Assembly (NCBI GenBank): GCA_036001225.1
Contig: DASYUM010000339.1
Location: 2,808 to 66,807, forward strand
Length of the DNA stretch: 64,000 nt
Source: Candidatus Methylomirabilota bacterium
Lineage (GTDB): Bacteria > Methylomirabilota > Methylomirabilia > Rokubacteriales > DASRDR01
Direction of reading: 5' to 3'
The translations under genes were made by a program, and so were the position numbers. The notes beneath the pieces are model-generated. The model was given only the letters and a program-made list of their open reading frames with translations, was not told the origin of the DNA and did no database searches. Below are positions 38,110 to 45,944 of this stretch, in pieces. Position 1 is the stretch's first letter. The number at the start of each line of letters is the position of its first letter.

Positions 38110-38598
38110 TCAGCGCAGCGCCCGCTTCAGGGTCTCCGCGAGGACACGGTCGACCCGGTCGATTTCAGCAAGGAACTGCCGCTCCTCGTCGCCCGACAGG
38201 GTCGGCTTCCAGCCGCGGCGATAAAATGCCTTCAGCCGATCGATACGAAGCTCCAGAACGGTGAGGCGACTGTTGAGGGAGAGCGCGCCTTCCTGGCGCT
38301 CTCCCTCCACGAACGCGTCCCACAGTTCCATCGCCATGAGCGTTGCGGTCTTGTCCTTTCCCGCACGACACGCAGCACGGGCCTCGGCGACCCGACCGCT
38401 CGTCTGCGCCAGGGCCTCCTCGATCTTGGCGCGCGCGGCCCCGGTCTTCTTTCCAAACGCTTCCTTGCGTTCTCCGACCTCACGGTCGACGAGCTTGAGC
38501 CACCGGTCGCACTCCTGCTCGGCCGCCCAGGCCCGGGTCTGGAGAAGCACTGCCAGGATCAGGAGAAGTCCCGTGACTGCCGTGGCCCGGCTGGTCAT
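38110..38598 (-). CDS. Hypothetical secreted protein (Sec signal peptide, all-helical, 2 Cys)
   Basis: Signal peptide MTSRATAVTGLLLILAVLLQTRAWA/AEQ. No family recognised. Local GC is lower than in the flanks. Confidence 0.55.
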   Translation of the reverse strand: MTSRATAVTGLLLILAVLLQTRAWAAEQECDRWLKLVDREVGERKEAFGKKTGAARAKIEEALAQTSGRVAEARAACRAGKDKTATLMAMELWDAFVEGERQEGALSLNSRLTVLELRIDRLKAFYRRGWKPTLSGDEERQFLAEIDRVDRVLAETLKRALR

Positions 38599-38647
38599 GA
38601 TCGGCCTCCCGTTCGCCTGTGAGGTCGCCTGCGCGCAACCAGTCGAG

Positions 38648-40321
38648 TCAACGCCGTCTCGGCCGGCCCAGCCCGGCTGCCAGTTCTTCCAACCGCTGCT
38701 GCAGCCACGCGAGGTCCTCGATCGCGTCCGTCAGATACGGGGACGCGCCACGCGCGCGGGCGACGATTCGCTGCGCCTCGGCGTTCAGCCGGGCTTGCTG
38801 CGCCACGAGACGGCGAAACCCCTCGGGCATGTCGGCGGCGAGCCGTCTCTGGCGCGCCAGGAGGCGACCGAGATCGACCAGGCCCTTGGCCGCGGTGACG
38901 ACCGCCGTCACCGCCTCCTCGGCCCGAGCCGGGGAGACCTCGCCCAGGCTGCCCAGCCAGGCGCCGATGAGGCCGAGCGTGAGGTCCTGGATCCGCCGGT
39001 CGCTCTCCTGCAGATCCTCGGAGATCTTGGGAAGGCTCTCTTTCAGCTTCAGCAAGCTGGCGATCAGATCCTGCAGCCCGTCCTGCAGGGTCTTGTAGCT
39101 GCCGGCCAGGCCGTCGTCGTCGGGAAACTCGCGCCGTCGACCGTTGAAGCGCTCGATGAGGTCCCGCAAGCCGTGCAGCAGGTCCTCGAAGCTCTTCACC
39201 AGCTCCTCGTCCGGCGCGTTGCGCACGAGGTCCTCGAAGCTGTCGAGGAGCTTCTCGAACTGATGCAACAGGTCTTCGAAGCTCTTGACCAGGGCCCAGG
39301 GAGGCGGAACGTTGATCCCCAGCGCCGCATCGAAGCTCACGAGCAGGTCGACGAGCGCGTGGAGCAGCTTCTCGAAGCTGAGGCGCAGCGGCCGGTCCTT
39401 CGGGGCGACGCGCTTCACGAGCCCCTCGAAGGTGGAGAGCAGTCGCTCGCATTCCTTGAGGCGGTTTTCGAACTGGCCCACGATCTCCGGATGCTGGGCG
39501 GCATGCTCCTTCACCAGATCCTCGAAGCTGCCGAGGAGCGTCTCCAGGTCGCGCAACCGGTCTTCGGCCCCGACCAACAGGGGCCGGTCGTTCGGCTTGA
39601 GGGGCGGCGCCGCCGGCAGCAGCCGGTCGAGCTCACCGAGGAACTCCACCAATAGAAAGGTCAGGATGCCCAGGAGCCCGTCGAAGCTCTTGACGCGATC
39701 GTAGTCGGTGGGTGTCTCGCGCTTCACCAGGTCTTCGAAGCTCTTACAGAGCTTCTCGCTTCCTCCGAGGAGCTCGAGGAAGCTCGCGACGCGGGCGCGG
39801 TCGGGCGGCAGCGGGAGCACGAGCTTCGCGAAGCTGTCGATCAGCAACAGGTGGCGCTCGACGCGCTCCTCGAAGCACTGGAGCAGCTCCGGAGGCAGTT
39901 CCGGGAGACGCCGCAGCAGATCCTCGAGGCTGAGGAGCAGCTTCTCCGCGCGGTGGAGCAGGTCTTCGAAGCTGGCGACCAGCCGGTAGAGCTCCTTGGG
40001 CCAGTTGGGCTGATTCGGCCACTCGCGCCGCAGGATCCGGTGCAGCTTGGCTTCGAACGCCGCTAAGGCGCTCTGCAGCCCGATGATCTCGTCCTGAAAC
40101 TCGTCGGCCTTGTCCTTGTCCGGGGGCGCGGCCTTCAACTTGGCCTCGGCCGCGTCGAGCTTCTCCTCGCTTTCGCGGATGTCGTCCTCTTCCTTCTTCG
40201 CCTCGTCGAAACTCGGATCGTCGAGGAGCCGCCGGTACTCGCGCAGCACGGCGCGGAGCTGGGCGCGGGCGCTCTCCAACGGCGGCCCGCCGGGCGTGGA
40301 TGTTCGTCGCCGTCGAGTCAT
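38648..40321 (-). CDS. Hypothetical 557-aa repeat protein: about ten irregularly spaced (K)SFE(D/K)L(L/V)(H/K) helical repeats between coiled-coil-like N- and C-terminal regions
   Basis: ATG 40319-40321 is preceded by GGAGGAG. SFEDLL/SFEDLV/SFEKLL/SFDGLL recur. The DNA shows matching tcgaagct(c/g)tt… repeats. No signal peptide or TM segments. Lower GC than the flanks. The plus-strand ORFs over this region are antisense artefacts. Confidence 0.65.
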   Translation of the reverse strand: MTRRRRTSTPGGPPLESARAQLRAVLREYRRLLDDPSFDEAKKEEDDIRESEEKLDAAEAKLKAAPPDKDKADEFQDEIIGLQSALAAFEAKLHRILRREWPNQPNWPKELYRLVASFEDLLHRAEKLLLSLEDLLRRLPELPPELLQCFEERVERHLLLIDSFAKLVLPLPPDRARVASFLELLGGSEKLCKSFEDLVKRETPTDYDRVKSFDGLLGILTFLLVEFLGELDRLLPAAPPLKPNDRPLLVGAEDRLRDLETLLGSFEDLVKEHAAQHPEIVGQFENRLKECERLLSTFEGLVKRVAPKDRPLRLSFEKLLHALVDLLVSFDAALGINVPPPWALVKSFEDLLHQFEKLLDSFEDLVRNAPDEELVKSFEDLLHGLRDLIERFNGRRREFPDDDGLAGSYKTLQDGLQDLIASLLKLKESLPKISEDLQESDRRIQDLTLGLIGAWLGSLGEVSPARAEEAVTAVVTAAKGLVDLGRLLARQRRLAADMPEGFRRLVAQQARLNAEAQRIVARARGASPYLTDAIEDLAWLQQRLEELAAGLGRPRRR

Positions 40322-40358
40322 CGGTCGTCTCCTCCCCGCTCGAAGCGTTGCCGGCCGT

Positions 40359-40377
40359 CCGGCGTCGCCGACGCCGG
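40359..40377. promoter_or_regulatory. Perfect 9-bp inverted repeat ccggcgtcg-c-cgacgccgg, ~45 nt upstream of the repeat-protein start and downstream of the coxL-C stop
   Basis: Read directly from the sequence. Candidate operator or hairpin. Confidence 0.3.
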
Positions 40378-40411
40378 GTGGTGAACTGTGGCGCGTGAGA
40401 ATCGACGCACC

Positions 40412-42673
40412 CTAGGCCTTCGCCGCCCGGAGGGCGCGCCAGACGCGCTCGGGGGTGAGCGGCAGGTCGCGGATGCGGACGCCGGTGGCGGCGGCGACGG
40501 CGTTGGCGATGGCCGGCGCGACCGGGACGATGCTGCCCTCGGCCACGCCCTTCGCCCCGTGGGGGCCGGGGCCGCCGCCGCCCTCGACGATCACCGCCTC
40601 GAGCGAGTCCGGCAGGTCGGAGAAGAGCGGGAGCCGGTAGTCGACGATGCTCCCGTTGACGAGCTGGCCGTCCTCGTAGACCAGCGCCTCGAAGAGCGCC
40701 GGCCCGAGGCCCATCACCACGCCGCCCAGATCCTGGCCTTCGACCCCGTCCGGGTCGAGGGCGCGGCCGGGGTCGGACACGGTCACGTAGCGATGGACGG
40801 TGAGGGCGCCCGTCTCGCGATCGACCGAGACCTCCGCCGCGCCGAGCCCGATCTCCCAGAAGCTCGCCCGGGCGCCGAGCGTGGCGCGCTCGGCCGCCGG
40901 CCGGTAGTAGCCGTGGCCGATCAGCTCGCCGCCGGCGTCGCGGAAGAAGCGCACGATGACCTCGCCGAGAGTGAGGCGCCGGTCGCCGGCGCGGACGGCG
41001 CCGTCCTCCAGGCGGCAGGCTTCCACCGCCACGCCGAGCGCCTCCGCCGCGATCGCCCGCGCCTGGTCGGCCACCTGGCGGGCCGCCGCCTGCACGGCGT
41101 GACCGAGGAGTGCGGTCCCCCGGCTGGCGTTGGTGCGCTGGTCGAAGGGCGTGACGCCGGTGTCGGGCGCCGTCACCGCCACCTGCCCGGGCGGGATCCC
41201 CAGCTCGGCCGCCGCGATCCGCGCGAGCACGCTCTGGATCCCCTGGCCGAGCTCGGCCGAGCTGGCCAGCACGGTGGCACTGCCGTCGCCGTGCAGGCGC
41301 ACGATGGCCGTCGAGGAGGTCCGGGTGCCGCCGCCGTCCTTGATCGCGCAGGCGACGCCGACCGCCCGGCCCCGCCCCGACGCTCCCGGCAGCCGCGAGA
41401 CGAGGGCCTCGAGCGCCGCGCCGAGGTCGCTGTCCACGGGCCGGTCACCCGGCGCGTACTCCTCGCCGCGCTGGAGGAGGTTCTTCCGCCGGAGGGCGAC
41501 GGGATCCATCCCGAGGGCGAGGGCGATCGCGTCCATCTGCGACTCGTACGCCCAGGCGACCTCCGGCGTGCCGAAGCCGCGGTAGGCGCCGGCCGAGACC
41601 GAGTTGGTGAAGACCGCATAGGCGTGGACCTCGACGTGCGGCACCCGGTAGGGGCCGACCAGCCGGTAGCCGGCCTTCTTGGCCATGCGCGGCTCCTGGT
41701 TCGCGTACGCCCCCGCGTCGAGGTGGATCTCACCGCGCCGGCCGAGGAGCGTGCCGTCGCGGCGCACCGCCGTCTGGATGCGCACCCGGGCGGCGTTGCG
41801 GCAAAGCGTCCGCGCCGTCTCCTCGGCCGAGTAGAGGACGCGGACGGGCGCCCAGGCCTTGCGCGAGAGCGCGGCGGCGAGCGGGATCACGGCCATCAGC
41901 TCACGGCTGCCGAAGGCGCCCCCCACGTCGGGCACGACCACCCGCACCCGGCTCTGGGGCAGGCGGAACATCTCGGCCAGCATCTGGCGCGTGGCGAACG
42001 GGTATTGGGTGCCGGCCCAGACGGTCAGCTGGCGCCCCTGGTGATGGGCGATCGCGCCGTGCGGCTCGAGCGGATGGTGGTGGACGCTGGGGAGCGTGAA
42101 GGTGTCGTCGAAGACGAGGTCGGCCTCGCGGAAGGCCGCCTCCGGGTCGCCGCGCCGGTAGGCGAAGTGATGGCAGATGTTCCGGGCCAGGTCGGGCGCC
42201 ACGTCCTGGACGTCGGGGAAGAGCGTCGAGCGGGGCCGCGCCTCGTGCAGGACGGGCGCGCCCGGCGCGAGCGCCTCGTCGATGGACCGGACGGGCGGGA
42301 GCGGCTCGTAGCGGACGGCGATCCGGCCGAGCGCCGCCTCCGCCGTCCGCGCATCGACCGCGGCGACGGCCACCACCGGCTCGCCGGCCCAGCGGACGCG
42401 GTCGATCGCGAGGAGGGGCTGGTCGCGGATCGCCTGGCCGAAGTAGGGGTCGATGTCCGCGAGATCGGCGGCGGTCAGCACGGCCACGACCCCGGGCAGC
42501 CGCTCGGCGTCGCCGGTCTCGATGGTCAGGATCCGGGCGTGGGGGTACGGGCTGCGGAGGACCTTCCCCTCCACCATGCCGGGGATCGCGAGGTCCGTGG
42601 TGTAGCGGGCGCGTCCCATCACCTTCGCGCGGGCGTCGTGCCGCTCGAACGGCGCGCCGATCGCGCCGCTCAT
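40412..42673 (-). CDS. Xanthine-dehydrogenase-family molybdopterin-binding large subunit, paralogue C (orphan: no adjacent small or FAD subunit)
   Basis: ATG 42671-42673 overlaps the upstream LLM stop (ATGA). Motifs GAYRGFGTPE and GQGIQSV. ~45% identical to paralogues A and B. Confidence 0.8.
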   Translation of the reverse strand: MSGAIGAPFERHDARAKVMGRARYTTDLAIPGMVEGKVLRSPYPHARILTIETGDAERLPGVVAVLTAADLADIDPYFGQAIRDQPLLAIDRVRWAGEPVVAVAAVDARTAEAALGRIAVRYEPLPPVRSIDEALAPGAPVLHEARPRSTLFPDVQDVAPDLARNICHHFAYRRGDPEAAFREADLVFDDTFTLPSVHHHPLEPHGAIAHHQGRQLTVWAGTQYPFATRQMLAEMFRLPQSRVRVVVPDVGGAFGSRELMAVIPLAAALSRKAWAPVRVLYSAEETARTLCRNAARVRIQTAVRRDGTLLGRRGEIHLDAGAYANQEPRMAKKAGYRLVGPYRVPHVEVHAYAVFTNSVSAGAYRGFGTPEVAWAYESQMDAIALALGMDPVALRRKNLLQRGEEYAPGDRPVDSDLGAALEALVSRLPGASGRGRAVGVACAIKDGGGTRTSSTAIVRLHGDGSATVLASSAELGQGIQSVLARIAAAELGIPPGQVAVTAPDTGVTPFDQRTNASRGTALLGHAVQAAARQVADQARAIAAEALGVAVEACRLEDGAVRAGDRRLTLGEVIVRFFRDAGGELIGHGYYRPAAERATLGARASFWEIGLGAAEVSVDRETGALTVHRYVTVSDPGRALDPDGVEGQDLGGVVMGLGPALFEALVYEDGQLVNGSIVDYRLPLFSDLPDSLEAVIVEGGGGPGPHGAKGVAEGSIVPVAPAIANAVAAATGVRIRDLPLTPERVWRALRAAKA

Positions 42674-43662
42674 GCGCCGTCGCCCAGGAGTGCCGCCGCG
42701 AACGCCCGCATCGTCGCCTCCCGGCCGCCGTCGTCGGTGCCATACGGCACGATCGCGACCTGGCCGATCCCGGTCCCCCGGAGACGCTCGACGGCCGCGC
42801 GGCAGGTGTCGGGGGCGCCGGCGAGAGCGAAGCGCTCGACCAGCCAATCGGGGACGACCCGCGCCTGGCTGGCACCCCGCTCCATGTGCTGGTAGTAGTC
42901 GTAGGACGCCCGGATCTCGGCCACGACCCGCTGCTCCTCGGCGTCCAGGTCGAACGGCAACGGCCGGTTCAGCACGCGCGCGACGTGGGCCTTGACCGCC
43001 GCGCGCGCCGCCGCGGCGTCGCCCACGGCGCAGGGGACCCAGAGCACGAGGTCGAGCGAGTCCGGATCGCGCCCGGCCTCGCGGGCGCCCGCGCGGACGG
43101 TGTCGACCGCCTGCCGGACCCGCTCGGGCACGATGCCCACCAGGACGATGACGCCGTCCGCGATCCGCCCGGCCAGGGCCAGGAGCCGCGGGCCGCTGGC
43201 GGCCACGTAGATCCGGATCCCCTCGCCGGCGGCGTGCTTGAGCCGGAGCGTTCCGGTCTCGGTCTCGACGTCGCGACCGGCCAGGAGGTCCCGCACCCGC
43301 CGAACGTCCCGCGCGAAGACGTCGAGCCGGCTCGGCTTCCTTCCCATGGTCTCGACGGCGCTGTCGCCCAGCCCGAGCCCGAGGATGACGCGGTCGGGGC
43401 ACGCCTCGTGAAGGGTGGCCAGGGCGCTGGCGACGACGGCGGGATGGCGCGTGACCAGGTTGGTGACACCGGTGCCGAGGGTGAGGCGCGTCGTCGCGAG
43501 CGCGGCGGCCGCGAGCGTGACGTAGGCCTCGCGCCAGATGAGGTGCGAGTCGCCGATCCACGCGTGGGAGAAGCCCAGCTCCTCGGTGACCCGGGCCAGG
43601 CGCACGATGGCGAGCAATGGCGCGGTGGGGAAGAGGCCGACCCCGAACGCCAGGTCGGTCAC
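42670..43662 (-). CDS. LLM-class (luciferase-like) flavin/F420-dependent oxidoreductase
   Basis: 330 aa with a TIM-barrel LLM signature (…GFSHAWIGDSHL…, …GVIVLVGIVPE…). Confidence 0.75.
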   Translation of the reverse strand: MTDLAFGVGLFPTAPLLAIVRLARVTEELGFSHAWIGDSHLIWREAYVTLAAAALATTRLTLGTGVTNLVTRHPAVVASALATLHEACPDRVILGLGLGDSAVETMGRKPSRLDVFARDVRRVRDLLAGRDVETETGTLRLKHAAGEGIRIYVAASGPRLLALAGRIADGVIVLVGIVPERVRQAVDTVRAGAREAGRDPDSLDLVLWVPCAVGDAAAARAAVKAHVARVLNRPLPFDLDAEEQRVVAEIRASYDYYQHMERGASQARVVPDWLVERFALAGAPDTCRAAVERLRGTGIGQVAIVPYGTDDGGREATMRAFAAALLGDGA

Positions 43663-43666
43663 CGGG

Positions 43667-44848
43667 TCACGACGCGATCACCGCCGCCCGCTCCGGCGGC
43701 GGCGTCTGCTGGCTCCGGCCGACCACCCGCGGCTCCCCGTCGATCAGGACGGTCGAGATGCCCGGCAGGTCGCCCCGCCGGAAGGCGTCGAGCGCGTCAC
43801 TCGCCGCCGACCCCGGGATCCGGTCGAGCAGGACCAGGTCGGCCGGCCGTCCTTCCTCGAGGATGCCCTGGGGGAGGCCGTGGGCGCGGGCGACGTTGCC
43901 GGTCGCCATCGCGACGGCCAGCTCGGGTGGCACCTCGGCGACCGCCGCCAGGTAGGCGATCTCCCGCAACATCCCGCGCGGGAGCACGCCGGTGCCGCCG
44001 GGCGTGTCGGTCCCGACGAGGACGCGGTGGAACGCCGCCCGGGCGCGGACGGCCCGGATCAGGTGGAGGACCATTCGCGGGTTGCCGGAGCTGCAGATCT
44101 CCAGCGCGCAATCGGTCTCGGCCACGACCTCCTCGATCTCCTTCTCGGGCATCGGGATGGGCCCGCCCGTGACGTGTCCCACGATGTCGGGCAGGAGGCG
44201 CTTCACGATCGCCGCGCCGGCGACCTGGCTGACGCCCGATCGGGAGACGCCGCCGGAATGGAGCTTCACCTTGATCCCGCGCGCCCGCGCCCACGCGACG
44301 TAGCGCTCGGCCTCGCCGCTCGGGAGCAGCCGGTAATCGTAGAAGATAAACTTGACCAGCCGGACCCCGGCCGCCGCCAGCCCGTCGAAGTCCGCCTCGG
44401 TCAGCCCGGGGACGAGGAGGAGCGTGCCCGCGTAGACCTTGACCCCGGAGGGGCGGAGGTTGTCCCAGCACCGCTTGGCCAGGTGCGCGAGGGCGAGCGC
44501 CGTCCGGGCGTCGGGAGGGATCGGGAGCCCGGGCAGGTGCAGCTCGCCGGCCGACACCAGGGCGGTGACCCCGCCGTGGCAGTAGTGGCTGATCCAGTCG
44601 AGCGCGTTCTGGGCCGGCGTGAAGTCGCCGAACGTGGGATGGGAGTGCGAGTCGATCAGCCCGGGCATGACGGTGGTGCCGCGGGCGTCGATGACGACGT
44701 CGGCCGGCCGGGCGAGACCGGAGCCGATGGCGGCGATGCGGCCGGCCTCGATGAAGATCGAATCCGCCCGCCGGAGCGGCCGGGCGTAGTCTCCGGTCAG
44801 CAGGGTGCCGACGTTCTGGATCAGGCAGGTCGCGCCCGCGGTGCTCAC
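43667..44848 (-). CDS. Metal-dependent amidohydrolase (amidohydrolase_1 superfamily; enamidase/imidazolonepropionase-like)
   Basis: GTG 44846-44848 overlaps the upstream LLM stop (GTGA). Metal-binding motif VMPGLIDSHSHP. Confidence 0.75.
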   Translation of the reverse strand: MSTAGATCLIQNVGTLLTGDYARPLRRADSIFIEAGRIAAIGSGLARPADVVIDARGTTVMPGLIDSHSHPTFGDFTPAQNALDWISHYCHGGVTALVSAGELHLPGLPIPPDARTALALAHLAKRCWDNLRPSGVKVYAGTLLLVPGLTEADFDGLAAAGVRLVKFIFYDYRLLPSGEAERYVAWARARGIKVKLHSGGVSRSGVSQVAGAAIVKRLLPDIVGHVTGGPIPMPEKEIEEVVAETDCALEICSSGNPRMVLHLIRAVRARAAFHRVLVGTDTPGGTGVLPRGMLREIAYLAAVAEVPPELAVAMATGNVARAHGLPQGILEEGRPADLVLLDRIPGSAASDALDAFRRGDLPGISTVLIDGEPRVVGRSQQTPPPERAAVIAS

Positions 44849-45855
44849 GGCCCCGCCGTAGCGGCGGGGCGCACGATCTCCTCCGCGATCATCTGCAGGT
44901 AGTCGATCCGGGCGGCGGGCTCCCGCGGCAGGCTGTAGATCGTGAGGCCGACCCCGTCCAGGCCCATCGCGCGGGCGTGGCCGAGCGTCTCCCGGCAGTC
45001 GGTGGGCGTCCCGCAGATCGTCCAGTCCTCCAGCGGCGCGTCGAAGCCGAGCTGGAGCTCCATCATGGTCGGCTCCTGCATCGCCCACGCCCGGTACATC
45101 GCGAAGGTCTTCTCGAGGTAGGCCCGGGCCGCGGTCGCCGCCGCCTCCCGGCTCTTTCCGACGATGAGCGCGCGGGACGCGCAAACCGTCCCCGCCGTCG
45201 GCTGGCTCGCCTCCCGCCTCGCATCGCGGAAGACCGGGGTGAGGCGGGCGATGGCGTCCCAGGCGAGCTGAGGGCCGAAGAAGACGCCGTCGGTCAGCCG
45301 CGCGGCGCGACGGGTGGCCCCCACGCTCTGGGCGGCCATCTCGAGCGGTGGGTGGGGGCGCTGACGCGGCAGGAGGCCCATCCGCCCGGCCGTCAGCCGG
45401 GTGTACCGGCCCTCGCAGGTCACCTCCTCGCCCGCCCACAGCCGCTTCATGAGGTCGAGCGACTCCTCCAGCTTGGGGACCCGGTCCTTGCGGCCGAGTC
45501 CGACCGCCTCCAGCTCCTTCTCGCGGTAGCCGATGGCGACCCCGACGTCCAGGCGCCCGTGGCTGATGTGGTCCAGGGTCGCCAGGTTCTCGGCGGCCTC
45601 GATCGGATTGACGAGCGGCAGGAGGAGCATCGAGGTCTTCAGCCGCATGGGCGCCGTCTCGGGGGCGAGCCGGGCCAGGATCGGGAACGGCTGCGGCCAC
45701 ACGGTCGGGTGGGAGAGGAGGTGGTGGCCGATCGAGACCCAGGCGTAGCCCATCCGGGCGGCGGCGCCGACGACCTCGATCGCTTCGTCGATGATCTGGG
45801 TGGGAGACCGGTCGGTCGGGCTCCAGAACGGGGTGAGGTGAAACCCGATGCGCAT
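44845..45855 (-). CDS. LLM-class (luciferase-like) flavin/F420-dependent oxidoreductase
   Basis: 336 aa, MRIGFHLTPFW… with an LLM fold. Confidence 0.75.
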   Translation of the reverse strand: MRIGFHLTPFWSPTDRSPTQIIDEAIEVVGAAARMGYAWVSIGHHLLSHPTVWPQPFPILARLAPETAPMRLKTSMLLLPLVNPIEAAENLATLDHISHGRLDVGVAIGYREKELEAVGLGRKDRVPKLEESLDLMKRLWAGEEVTCEGRYTRLTAGRMGLLPRQRPHPPLEMAAQSVGATRRAARLTDGVFFGPQLAWDAIARLTPVFRDARREASQPTAGTVCASRALIVGKSREAAATAARAYLEKTFAMYRAWAMQEPTMMELQLGFDAPLEDWTICGTPTDCRETLGHARAMGLDGVGLTIYSLPREPAARIDYLQMIAEEIVRPAATAGP

Positions 45856-45944
45856 CGGCGAGTACGCTACCCCAGCGACCGGCGGGACGCAACGCGTCGC
45901 GGGGGCATCGTCACGCGACCACGGCTCCTCGCCCGAACGGGCCC

